NCBI GenBank assembly: GCA_963706595.1
Contig: OY970166.1
Coordinates: 3,264,001 to 3,328,000, forward strand
Direction of reading: 5' to 3'
Length of the DNA: 64,000 nt
Source: an uncultured cyanobacterium
GTDB taxonomy: Bacteria > Cyanobacteriota > Cyanobacteriia > Cyanobacteriales > Nostocaceae
Shown here: positions 32,095 to 41,810 of the stretch, in pieces
Numbering within the stretch: position 1 is the first letter of the stretch
Layout: every line of letters starts with the position of its first letter
Program-made: the position numbers and the translations under genes
Notes under the pieces: model-generated
Database searches by the model: none
What the model saw: only the letters and a program-made list of their open reading frames with translations
What the model was told of the DNA's origin: nothing

Positions 32095-32331
32095 ATGGCG
32101 AATATCAAACTTTCTGAACTACACGCTGCTGGTTCTGAATTATTCAACGATTCTGAAAGTTTCTTGAATGAATTCAGCGATGTAGACTCCATTTCCGGTG
32201 GTGGAATTGGCGGCTACGCTGGAGGAGTTAGCAACCCAGCAACATTAATGAAGCTAGCTGAGGCATTTGTGACTGTATATGCTATTGGTCACGTGACCGT
32301 GTTAGCTAAATCATTCAGCGCAAACATTTAA
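32095..32331 (+). CDS. Double-glycine RiPP precursor 2
   Basis: Same leader ending SISGG and same C-terminal helix; AGGAG RBS. Confidence 0.87.
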   Translation: MANIKLSELHAAGSELFNDSESFLNEFSDVDSISGGGIGGYAGGVSNPATLMKLAEAFVTVYAIGHVTVLAKSFSANI

Positions 32332-32492
32332 TGGTTCTGGTTTACTACAGAGCTTGATGGTTTTCCAGGGATTAAAGATAAAAAGCTATCTATGTGAATA
32401 ACATGAGCTTTTGTTATTACCAATAATCCCTGTGGTCTAGCTAAATCTAAGCAATTTTCAGTTCATTACAACAAGTCTTTTAGGAGAAAATC

Positions 32493-32738
32493 ATGGCAAA
32501 TATTACACTGTCCGAATTAAACTCTGCTGGTTCTGAATTGTTTCAAGATTCTGAAAGTTTTTTGAATGAATTCAGCGATGTAGACTCCATCTCTGGTGGT
32601 CAAGGCTACGGTGGTGGACTAGGCGCTCAAGTTGCTGTCAGTGATCCTACGACACTGAATAAGCTCGCTGGCGCATTTGTGACTGTATATGCCATTGGTC
32701 ATGTAACTGTGTTAGCCAAGTCATTTAGTGGCATTTAA
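32493..32738 (+). CDS. Double-glycine RiPP precursor 3
   Basis: Same leader/helix architecture; AGGAG RBS. Confidence 0.87.
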   Translation: MANITLSELNSAGSELFQDSESFLNEFSDVDSISGGQGYGGGLGAQVAVSDPTTLNKLAGAFVTVYAIGHVTVLAKSFSGI

Positions 32739-32907
32739 TGACTTTGGGTAACTGCTGAAATTGATGGCTCTTTAGGAATTAAAGGTAAAAACTAATTTAT
32801 GTGATTACCAATAATTCCTAAGAGCCGACTAGACACCATCTTGATCTTCACTGAAACTAACAAGTCTTCACAAGTTCACAAGTTCACAAGTCTTTTAGGA
32901 GTACATC

Positions 32908-33159
32908 ATGGCAAATATCACTCTTTCTGAATTACACGCTGCTGGTTCTGAACTATTCAACGATTCTGAAAGTTTCTTGAATGAATTCAGCGATGTGGAT
33001 TCCATCTCTGGTGGAGCAGCAGTTGCCGCTACAGGTGCAACCTATGCCGCCAGCAATCCTTTGACACTGACCAAATTGGCTGAAGCCTTTGTGACTGTAT
33101 ATGCCATTGAACACGTAACTATCTTGGCTAAATCCTTCAGCCTAACTGGTGTTTACTAG
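32908..33159 (+). CDS. Double-glycine RiPP precursor 4
   Basis: Leader ends SISGG; core AAVAATGATYAASNPLTLTKLAEAFVTVYAIEHVTILAKSFSLTGVY. Confidence 0.87.
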   Translation: MANITLSELHAAGSELFNDSESFLNEFSDVDSISGGAAVAATGATYAASNPLTLTKLAEAFVTVYAIEHVTILAKSFSLTGVY

Positions 33160-33303
33160 CTCTAGTTAACAACTCGAATAAATGGCTCTTTGGGGATGAA
33201 AGGCATGATTTGATTACCACTTATCCCCAAGAGCCAGACAGATTCAACGCTCTCGATTTTCATTGAAACAAACAAGTCTTCACAAGTCTTTTAGGAGTAC
33301 ATC

Positions 33304-33573
33304 ATGGCTAATATCACTCTTTCTGAATTACACGCTGCTGGTTCTGAACTGTTCAACGATTCTGAAAGTTTCTTGAATGAACTCAGCGATGTTAATTCCA
33401 TCTCTGGTGGACAAATTGGCTACGCTGGTGGTGCTACCGTCGCTACAGGTGCAACCTATGCCGCCAGCAATCCTTTGTCACTGACCAAGTTGGCTGAAGC
33501 CTTTGTAACTGTATATGCCATTGAACACGTAACTATCTTGGCTAAATCCTTCAGCCTAACTGGTGTTTACTAA
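33304..33573 (+). CDS. Double-glycine RiPP precursor 5
   Basis: Paralog with extra QIGYAG-like segment after GG. Confidence 0.87.
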   Translation: MANITLSELHAAGSELFNDSESFLNELSDVNSISGGQIGYAGGATVATGATYAASNPLSLTKLAEAFVTVYAIEHVTILAKSFSLTGVY

Positions 33574-33721
33574 TCACTGTGATTAGTTACTTCAAATAAA
33601 TGGCTCTTTGGGGATGTAAGGCATGATTTGATTACCAGTAATCCCCAAGAGTTAGCCAAATTCAACGCTCTCGATTTTCACTGAAACAAACAAGTTCTCA
33701 CAAGTCTTTTAGGAGTACATC

Positions 33722-33973
33722 ATGGCTAATATCACTCTTTCTGAATTACACGCTGCTGGTTCTGAACTATTCAACGATTCTGAAAGTTTCTTGAATGAAT
33801 TCAGCGATGTAGATTCCATCTCTGGTGGAGCAGTAGTTGCCGCTACAGGTGCAACCTATGCCGCCAGCAATCCTTTCACATTGACCAAGTTAGCTGAAGC
33901 CTTTGTAACTGTATATGCCATTGAACACGTAACTATGTTGGCTAAATCCTTCAGCCTAACTGGTGTTTACTAG
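33722..33973 (+). CDS. Double-glycine RiPP precursor 6
   Basis: Near-identical to precursor 4. Confidence 0.87.
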   Translation: MANITLSELHAAGSELFNDSESFLNEFSDVDSISGGAVVAATGATYAASNPFTLTKLAEAFVTVYAIEHVTMLAKSFSLTGVY

Positions 33974-34117
33974 CTCTAGTTAACAACTCAAATAAATGGC
34001 TCTTTGGGGATTAAAGGCATGATTTGATGACCAGTAATCCCTAAGAGCCAGACAGATTCAACGCTCTCGATTTTCACTGAAATAAACAAGTCTTCACAAG
34101 TCTTTTAGGAGTACATC

Positions 34118-34369
34118 ATGGCTAATATCACTCTTTCTGAATTACACGCTGCTGGTGCTGAATTGTTCAACGATTCTGAAAGTTTCTTGAATGAATTTAG
34201 CGATGTCGATTCCATCTCTGGTGGTCAAGTTACCATCGCTACAGGTGCTACCTACGTCGCCAGCAATGCTAGTACATTGACCAAATTAGCTGAAGCTTTT
34301 GTAACTGTATATGCCATTGAACACGTAACTATCTTGGCTAAATCCTTCAGCATAAGTGGTGTTTACTAA
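34118..34369 (+). CDS. Double-glycine RiPP precursor 7
   Basis: Same architecture, ends SFSISGVY. Confidence 0.87.
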   Translation: MANITLSELHAAGAELFNDSESFLNEFSDVDSISGGQVTIATGATYVASNASTLTKLAEAFVTVYAIEHVTILAKSFSISGVY

Positions 34370-34517
34370 TCACTGTGATTAGTTACTTCAAATAAATGGC
34401 TCTTTGGGGATTAAAGGCATGATTTGATTACCAATAATCCCTAAGAGCCAGACAGATTCAACGCTCTCCATTTTCACTGAAACAAACAAGTCTTCACAAG
34501 TCTTTTAGGAGTACATC

Positions 34518-34769
34518 ATGGCTAATATAACTCTTTCTGAATTACACGCTGCTGGTTCTGAACTATTCAACGATTCTGAAAGTTTCTTGAATGAATTCAG
34601 CGATGTAGATTCCATCTCTGGTGGAGCAGCAGTTGCTGCTATAGGTGCAACCTATGCCGCCAGCAATCCTTTCACATTGACCAAGTTAGCTGAAGCTTTT
34701 GTAACTGTATATGCCATTGAACACGTAACTATCTTGGCTAAATCCTTCAGCATAAGTGGTGTTTACTAA
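34518..34769 (+). CDS. Double-glycine RiPP precursor 8
   Basis: Same architecture, ends SFSISGVY. Confidence 0.87.
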   Translation: MANITLSELHAAGSELFNDSESFLNEFSDVDSISGGAAVAAIGATYAASNPFTLTKLAEAFVTVYAIEHVTILAKSFSISGVY

Positions 34770-34917
34770 TCACTGTGATTAGTTACTTCAAATAAATGGC
34801 TCTTTGGGGATTAAAGGCATGATTTGATTACCAATAATCCCCAAGAGCCAGACAGACTCAACGTTCTTAATTTTTAAGAAAACAAATAAGTGTTCACAAG
34901 TCTTTTAGGAGTAATTC

Positions 34918-35163
34918 ATGGCAACTATCACTCTTGATCAACTATATGCTACTGGCTCTGAACTGTTCCACGATTCCGAAAGCTTTCTCAATGAACTGAG
35001 TGATGTCGATTCTAGCTCTAAGGATCAATACAACGTTGTCGGCGGCATAATTACATTCACTGCATTCGCTGGAGCATTTGTTGGTACGTATGCCATTGGT
35101 CATGCTACTTATGTGGCCAAGTCATATAGTCAACCATACTATGGGTATGGGCGGCGCTTCTAG
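34918..35163 (+). CDS. Divergent RiPP precursor 9
   Basis: Leader GSELFHDSESFLNELSDVD with GG shifted (NVVGG); core AGAFVGTYAIGHATYVAKSYS. Confidence 0.8.
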   Translation: MATITLDQLYATGSELFHDSESFLNELSDVDSSSKDQYNVVGGIITFTAFAGAFVGTYAIGHATYVAKSYSQPYYGYGRRF

Positions 35164-35617
35164 CTTTGTAGTTAACTATTAATCTTGATGGCTGTCTTGA
35201 GATTAAAGGTAAAAAGTAAGCAATTCTATCTGAGCAAAAACCTCATAATACAAAATAATGTTAAACATTCAGTTTCACATAAAATATAGAATTGCCCACT
35301 CTTATCTTAATCAGGTTTTGCATAACAAAAGCCTTACAGCCAGCCAAATTTAAAAAAATATGCTGTAATTCGATAACTAAATTGAAACTTAATTAAGACT
35401 AGGATCACAATTGGTGGATAAATCTGGCGACAATCGTCAAGATTGCTCAATTACCTAAATTAGATGAATTTAATTTAGTAGTCGTGGAAGATTGGGAATA
35501 AATGACAGTTTAACCTGAGCCAGGATAGCACATTAGTTGACGAATGATTAAGCTGACACTTACTGAAAGTAGCTAGCATTAATTCATTACTCAATATTTT
35601 GTGTGGAAATCAAGTAA

Positions 35618-35881
35618 ATGGCAAGAATTGTAATTTCTGAACTACACCCGACTAATTCCGAAAGCTTTTTAATCGAAATAACAGATATGTTTTCAATATC
35701 TGTGTATGGGGGGAATCAATATGTAATTGACTATGGATTTCATCAAATGCTGACCTTTACTTATAAGCTGATGGATTTTATGTTGTCAGCATTTGCTATC
35801 TACAGTATTGTCTCCCTTGCACATTCATTTATTACTGCGTCTGAGCTTAACTTTGCACCTGTTCAGTTTTACTCTTTCTAA
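35618..35881 (+). CDS. Divergent RiPP precursor 10
   Basis: Leader MARIVISELHP.NSESFL.EI.D....VYGG; core KLMDFMLSAFAIYSIVSLAHSF aligns with KLAEAFVTVYAIEHVTILAKSF. Confidence 0.72.
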   Translation: MARIVISELHPTNSESFLIEITDMFSISVYGGNQYVIDYGFHQMLTFTYKLMDFMLSAFAIYSIVSLAHSFITASELNFAPVQFYSF

Positions 35882-36015
35882 TTATTGAATCTAAGTTGAC
35901 ATGATGACTAAAAAAATGTTGTGTGCAATCAATGCTTGGATAGGAATCCTCTGGTTTTACAGTTTCTTGATTAACCAGGAACAAGTTTTCACATTACTGA
36001 GGAGTATTTAACGCC

Positions 36016-37197
36016 ATGCCATTTTTATTAAGCTATCAAAATGTTTTTGACTACCTAATTCCCCTGGGATTATGTACTGAAGAAGAACGTTCATTGAGCA
36101 ATATTGAACTAAAACCTGCTAAAAACTTTAACTTATTACTCAGTTTATCAGAGGATAAGAAACTGCTAGTTAAGCAAGAGCGTCACAACCGAGAAGGAAA
36201 AACCGCCGGTGAGTTTGTGCAGGAATGGCGAATTCATGAGTTTTTGCAAAGAAACCCTGAACTTAGCTATGTGCGCCCTTTGCTTTCAGAAGCAGTACAT
36301 TTTGATGCAGAAAATTCGATCATTATTTTCAACTATCTCAATAATTATCGAGATGTAGCGGATTTTTACACCAAGGAGAATATTTTTCCTACACAGGTGG
36401 CGACCAAAATTGGCACTATTCTGGCATTAATTCATCGCGTTAGTATTCAACGTCCTGAGTATCGGGAGTTCTTTGAAAATTCTCAGGATGTACCGAGTCA
36501 AGATCCACCCAAACTAAATCAGAGAATGGATCGGATTACGCCGGAAATCTTTGGTAACGTTCCGGCTGACGGGTTGAAATTCTTTGCTCTTTATCAACGT
36601 TACGATAGTTTGGGTCAGGCGATCGCACAAGTAGGTAATTCCTATACTCCTTACTGTTTGACTCATAACGACATGAAGCTAAACAACATTCTCATCTCCT
36701 TAAATTGGCAAGATGTGAATTTAAATAGCTCATCCTCAGACCAAAGCATGATTCGATTAATTGACTGGGAACGCTGTTCTTGGGGAGATCCAGCTATCGA
36801 TTTAGGCTCATTACTCGCTAGTTACTTGCAATTATGGCTGTATAGCGTAGTCGTTGGTAAAGGAATGGAAATTGAAGAGTCTTTACGTTTAGCTACAACG
36901 CCTTTGCAAACACTCCGTCCTTCACTTGCTGCACTAGTTAAAGCTTATTTAGCAGAATTCCCCCAAATCTTAGAAGATCGTCCTGATTTCCTGCAACGAG
37001 TAGTGCAGTTTTGCGGTTTAGCCTTAATTCAATCTATTCAAGCCACACTCCAGCATGAAAAAACTTTTGGTAATCCTGGTATCAGTATGCTCCAAGTTGC
37101 TAAGAGTTTATTGTGTCGTCCAGAAGCATCTATACCCACTATTTTCGGTATGGATGCGTCGGATTTGACTCCTACTCAATATTCATCTGCACGTTAA
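36016..37197 (+). CDS. Aminoglycoside-phosphotransferase-like kinase (LanK-like, putative peptide Ser/Thr kinase)
   Basis: LLVKQE, LTHNDMKLNNIL (HxDxxxxN), RLIDWE, GDPAIDLG; adjacent to HopA1-like gene. Confidence 0.85.
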   Translation: MPFLLSYQNVFDYLIPLGLCTEEERSLSNIELKPAKNFNLLLSLSEDKKLLVKQERHNREGKTAGEFVQEWRIHEFLQRNPELSYVRPLLSEAVHFDAENSIIIFNYLNNYRDVADFYTKENIFPTQVATKIGTILALIHRVSIQRPEYREFFENSQDVPSQDPPKLNQRMDRITPEIFGNVPADGLKFFALYQRYDSLGQAIAQVGNSYTPYCLTHNDMKLNNILISLNWQDVNLNSSSSDQSMIRLIDWERCSWGDPAIDLGSLLASYLQLWLYSVVVGKGMEIEESLRLATTPLQTLRPSLAALVKAYLAEFPQILEDRPDFLQRVVQFCGLALIQSIQATLQHEKTFGNPGISMLQVAKSLLCRPEASIPTIFGMDASDLTPTQYSSAR

Positions 37198-37206
37198 AGC
37201 GTTTGG

Positions 37207-37404
37207 AAGACGCGATAGAAGACGCGATAAATCGCGTGATAGAAGACGCGATAAATCGCGTCTCTACAAAATATTTGGAAGCCCCCTCATCGCTTGCGGG
37301 GAGGGGGTTGGGGGTGGGGTTCTTGTACCTCATAACACCGGGAAGACGCGATAAATCGCGTCTCTACACAATATTTGGAAGACGCGATTTATCGCGTCTC
37401 TACA
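37207..37404. repeat. Cluster of GACGCGATAAATCGCGTCTCTAC palindromes plus GC-rich repeat between the kinase and HopA1 genes
   Basis: Four to five copies of AGACGCGATAAATCGCG(TCTCTACA); related units near 30587, 39076 and 41765. Confidence 0.85.
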
Positions 37405-37444
37405 ATTTTTTTCAACACACTCTCTTATTTACAGGCCAGCTTTT

Positions 37445-38551
37445 ATGCAACTATTAGATTCGCTACAAACACAACTAGCTACTATTCCTGAGCCTTTGCA
37501 GACATCAATACAAGACATTATTCATAAAGTTGAAATTGTTTCCCATCATTGTATTAAGCACCCAAACTATAAAAGCGTAGAATTAACTGAGCAAGCAGTT
37601 TCCCGCTTTCAAAAATTGCCGTTAGACCTCCAGAACAAATATTTAGCACTCCAATTGCGTAGTTTTCTTTATGGTGTCTACTACAACGGTTCTTTGCAAG
37701 AGGAACTCAATCTCACATCAGATGGAGAGTCAAAAAATGTAGCATTGAATCGGGATTTAGAAAATAATAGCTTTTTGGGTGTAGATATCGGTTTCTATGA
37801 CCGCTTACATGAAAGTAACAGAGGTGAAGGCTACTTCAGCCACGATTGGCTGGTAATCAAAGAAGAAACAGATGGTGCTTTGGCTGTGCATAAGGGTGGT
37901 TTAACTCTGCACATTGAGCGTGAGCAACACTTGCGACCAGAAGATCAAGCTGTAACTATCGGTAGTTTAGTTCCGATCAAATTACCCAAGAATGTGGTGC
38001 AGAATGGATTCTATATGGCAGTTGGCAATGAAGCTGCTCATGGTGATCAAGAAATAGTCAGGATCTACTTTAATTTATCCCCAGACGGTGCTGTTGCTGT
38101 CATGGATGGTTTGACTACCCAACTCAATGCTCTGCCAATTTCCTTCACATTTAAAGCCCTATATAATCCTACAGATTATGGACGTTGTGACTCAGCAGTG
38201 CTTTACTTTGACAAACACAACTATGAAGTTGTTCGTCCAGTATTAGAACGGGTGTATACAGAAAATAAATCACATTTTGGCGATTCAGTGCCTTTGTTTA
38301 CTAAATTACTTGCGCCAGGGTTAGCTCTTGCGGAAGAACCAAATAGCAAGTTTACAGACCGTGAAAGTTTTGGGATGAACCGATGCCAAATTATTGCTAA
38401 TGCTTTGCTTGATGTTTGGCAGCAAGATAATGATACGCCAGCAGGTAGGTTAGAATCTATTCTGAAACATTTCTCTATGCTGGAAATTGAATTGCAACGT
38501 CCTTATCTCAATTCCCATTCTGAAGATATCTTTACTTCTTTGCAGTTTTGA
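37445..38551 (+). CDS. T3SS effector HopA1-family protein (LanY-like phospho-lyase)
   Basis: LRSFLYGVYY, GFYMAVG, VRIYFNL, F.FKAL..P..YGRCDSAVLYF, VPLFTK.LAPGLALAEEP, ESFGMNRCQIIA. Confidence 0.85.
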   Translation: MQLLDSLQTQLATIPEPLQTSIQDIIHKVEIVSHHCIKHPNYKSVELTEQAVSRFQKLPLDLQNKYLALQLRSFLYGVYYNGSLQEELNLTSDGESKNVALNRDLENNSFLGVDIGFYDRLHESNRGEGYFSHDWLVIKEETDGALAVHKGGLTLHIEREQHLRPEDQAVTIGSLVPIKLPKNVVQNGFYMAVGNEAAHGDQEIVRIYFNLSPDGAVAVMDGLTTQLNALPISFTFKALYNPTDYGRCDSAVLYFDKHNYEVVRPVLERVYTENKSHFGDSVPLFTKLLAPGLALAEEPNSKFTDRESFGMNRCQIIANALLDVWQQDNDTPAGRLESILKHFSMLEIELQRPYLNSHSEDIFTSLQF

Positions 38552-39033
38552 TATTGTATAGAACCTCACCCCAACCCTCTCCTTACTAAGGAGAGGGAGC
38601 CGGAGTTGTTTGTTTGGGAACTTCCAAGGAATAAAATACTTAATTTGTCAGGTGGGTTAGTGTGTAGGGTGTGTTGTCGCGTAGCGCAACGCACCATCTT
38701 CAATTCTCAATGCTGATATTATATATAGTTGCTTAATGTCATATTATACAATCTAGCTGCACGACAGCTTATTACAAGTTTTTCGTTTCAGTGTTAATTA
38801 CTTTTTATGTGCTTAATATATCTTTAATTGTTTCGGCTTTTACCTTGAGACACCTATCTCTGGAGATATTTTGATAACGTATCAATTAAATTGTCCTAAA
38901 TTTGGCTAACCTAAGCGTTTTTTCTCGCTTGTGATAAATCCGGGAAATGGGTTCTATATATGATATAATTAGAGATTTTGCATTAAAAAACTGGTGACTC
39001 AAAAAATTACTTGCCTAAATCCTGATTGCAACG

Positions 39034-39125
39034 CAATACTGTTCGGTTAAGCAAATTTGTGCGCCAAAAACCCTTGTAGAGACGTTCCATGGAACGTCTC
39101 TACACTCCTTAACCGAAAAGTATTG
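39034..39125. mobile_element. MITE-like element, terminal inverted repeats CAATACTGTTCGGTTAAG / CTTAACCGAAAAGTATTG, internal palindrome
   Basis: 18-bp inverted ends with 1 mismatch; internal GTAGAGACGTTCCATGGAACGTCTCTAC. Confidence 0.75.
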
Positions 39126-39488
39126 CCTCAAGGCTATATCTCAAAAAATGGCGCTGCCAGGAAGTTGCGAGCGTACAGAGTAAGATAATCGCGAGGTGCA
39201 GAAGCGAAAGGCGGTTTCTGTGATTGAGTTTTAGATTCTACGCCACTTTGAATCTACAAAACTATTTGTATATCAAGATTTGCTTACATAATAGGTCATC
39301 AAAATTTAATATGAACATCTTTTTTTTTGTTTTGGTGTGTAGGGTCAAGATTTTTGACAAACTACTAGCCCAATTCAAGTATTTGTGTGTAATCAAAAAA
39401 AGCTAAATACACGGAGTAAATTATTTCTAACTTTAGATAGAGTTAGAAAATAATTTCTTTTTGAAAAGAATTACAGAGGGGAAACTGA

Positions 39489-40319
39489 ATGCAAGCGGGA
39501 ATAGGAAAATATTTGGCAATCTTCGAGCCAGAAGTATTGCAAAATTTTTTGCAGCTAATTCGATTAAAATTTCATCTAAATTTTGGATTTGTTCTTTTAG
39601 GAGCATTAAGTTTTGCTAAACAGATAGATATTCCACTAATAGTTTCTATATTAGTGATGTACTTATCTTTTAATGTCTGTCTCTACGGTGGCATTTATAC
39701 AATGAATGCTATTACAGACCTCGAAAAAGATGCTAAACATCCACTTAAAAAAAATCGCCCCTTACCTTCAGGAAGAATTAGCATGAATACAGCCATAATC
39801 TTGGCTGTATCTTTAATTTCTTTAGGACTATTCGTGGGTTTTTTCTACTTCGGTAGAAACATTGGGTTGCTCTATATTACCTTTATTGGTGTTAACATTT
39901 TCTACTCATTTGTAGCCAGGAACGTCCCATATCTTGAATTATTTGTCAATGCAAGTACCATGCCAATTCGATTATTAATGGGTACTTTTTTAGCTGTTGA
40001 TGGTTTAGTACCGACGGTTTTGATGTTTGCAGCTTTTTGTATGGGAATTGGTTTTCTTTCTATAAGAAGAATAGTTGAGAAAGATATAAATAACTGGACA
40101 GAAGCTCGCCCTGCTTTAAAAGCTTATCAGGGAAATATCATGGTTTGGTTACAATTTATCTTTTTTGTTGGACTTCTTTTCGCATGTGAGTTTGATCCTT
40201 TTATCCACCAAGATTTTGTGGGCTACTTGCTGATGGTGATTTATTACATAGTTTTCTGTTTAGGAACTCATGTATTTCCTGCAATAAGAGGTTACTGGAC
40301 TCAATACTACGGGTATTGA
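39489..40319 (+). CDS. UbiA family prenyltransferase
   Basis: YTMNAITDLEKDAKHPLKKNRPLPSGRIS (NxxxDxxxD...RP.PSG motif); multi-TM; YS motif. Confidence 0.85.
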   Translation: MQAGIGKYLAIFEPEVLQNFLQLIRLKFHLNFGFVLLGALSFAKQIDIPLIVSILVMYLSFNVCLYGGIYTMNAITDLEKDAKHPLKKNRPLPSGRISMNTAIILAVSLISLGLFVGFFYFGRNIGLLYITFIGVNIFYSFVARNVPYLELFVNASTMPIRLLMGTFLAVDGLVPTVLMFAAFCMGIGFLSIRRIVEKDINNWTEARPALKAYQGNIMVWLQFIFFVGLLFACEFDPFIHQDFVGYLLMVIYYIVFCLGTHVFPAIRGYWTQYYGY

Positions 40320-40630
40320 TCATATTGAGTAAAAGACGTTGAAAAAGAATACATTGTTAGACTAATTTCTTCATAATTTATTAGTGTGTTAATTAAACTG
40401 ACCACTAATTAATTCTTAGCATTATCTTGGATTGAGTTAGTCTTAAATCTATATCATTCATCTACCAGTCGTACATAATTTTCGGGTTGTATCTGATTCA
40501 TGCTTTATTTTTCAATCAAGAACTGCTTCTGCTAGGACAAAAATATCTAGATTTCGATAATCAATTTGATAATTTTGTCCTAGTAGGATTTCTTTGACAA
40601 CATATTATTATCCTCAAGGGCTTGGTTAAT

Positions 40631-41299
40631 ATGAGTTTATTTATTGGCTTAAATCAAACTAAACAAATACAAAGCATTAATTTTGATAAGTTCAATGCGG
40701 TTATTTTCGATGTTGATGGGACTTTCTACAATCTGAAAAAGATGTATAGTCTAATGCGCTTGGAAATCCTCAAATACTATCTAAATCATCCTTGTGAAAT
40801 TCGGGATATCAAAATTATCATAGATTTCCTGCGGGAACGTGAACGAAATGCCTTTGAAATTGTTGATGATTTGGAGAATGCTCAATATGAATGGGCAGCC
40901 AAAGCATCAGGAGCTTCATTAGAAAAGGTTCGCGCTTTAGTACAAAAATGGATTTTTAAAGTCCCTTTGGAACATATATATACTTGCCGCTATCTACCAG
41001 TTTTGGAGTTATTTGAAAATCTCACGCAGAAAGGTATAGCTACTGGTATATTTTCAGATTATCCAGCAACAGCAAAGCTGGCTAAATTAGGTCTATCTCC
41101 TAACTGCATTGTTAGCTCAACAGATGAAAATGTTCGTCGGCTCAAGCCCGACCCTCAAGGTTTATTTGTTGCTACTGAAATTCTAGGAGTTTCAGTGAAA
41201 CAATGTTTATTTATCGGTGATCGTGATGACAGGGATGGGGAATGTGCCAGGAGAGCAGGTATGCCATATCTAATATTAGGTAAAAGCTTTCTAGTATAA
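40631..41299 (+). CDS. HAD family hydrolase/phosphatase
   Basis: FDVDGT motif I, KPDP, FIGDRDDRD motif IV. Confidence 0.9.
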   Translation: MSLFIGLNQTKQIQSINFDKFNAVIFDVDGTFYNLKKMYSLMRLEILKYYLNHPCEIRDIKIIIDFLRERERNAFEIVDDLENAQYEWAAKASGASLEKVRALVQKWIFKVPLEHIYTCRYLPVLELFENLTQKGIATGIFSDYPATAKLAKLGLSPNCIVSSTDENVRRLKPDPQGLFVATEILGVSVKQCLFIGDRDDRDGECARRAGMPYLILGKSFLV

Positions 41300-41810
41300 G
41301 CTAATGAGCTAATGCGGATTGGGCGCAATCTTAGAAACATAAATATGGCTCTTCCGTACCAAAGTGTTCAGCAAAAATTGAAGAAGCTGCCCAGCACATA
41401 TTCATGCTTAACGTTGAAGAATTAAACACTTTCTTACGCCAACGCTTAGAAAAAAATGATTGATAGATGTAGGAGGGTATCCGCCGAGGGGTAGAGTCGA
41501 GGGGAATGTTGTGACTTGAAACATAAATTGCTTCATTTTCACAAATGGGTTATTTTATTGGGAATCAGCCCTGGTAATTGAGATATATAAATTTTTCCGT
41601 CCACCTACTTAATTTTTCAGGTGGGTTAGGATCTTAGTCTTTAACCCACTATAAACTTAAGCGATCGCTTAACGAAAAACCTCACCCTGCTTTTGCTATG
41701 CGAAGGTAAGGAGAGGGATTTTTGGAATGATTGTTGTTCGGTTTTGCATGGTGACATCACGTTTGTAGAGACGTTTCATGAAACGTCTCTACATTTTTTG
41801 TCGCAGCTAT

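Noticed and set aside
31664..35163. CRISPR-like regular repeat array
   Set aside because: Units are about 400 bp and encode ORFs with RBSs; there are no 25-45-bp repeats with unique spacers and no cas genes
37207..37404. Short palindromic repeats as a mini-CRISPR, and ORF 37113-37457
   Set aside because: Irregular spacing and orientation; the same palindrome family is dispersed elsewhere; the ORF is just a translation of repeats
37445..38551. A true type III secretion effector
   Set aside because: No T3SS genes are present; kinase adjacency and precursors fit the RiPP lyase role of this family
31664..38551. Calling the product a lanthipeptide
   Set aside because: No Cys in any precursor and no LanC-like cyclase in the window
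41300..41463. Short reading frame after the HAD gene (..IEEAAQHIFMLNVEELNTFLRQRLEKND*)
   Set aside because: Possibly a gene remnant, but no clear start or recognisable motif
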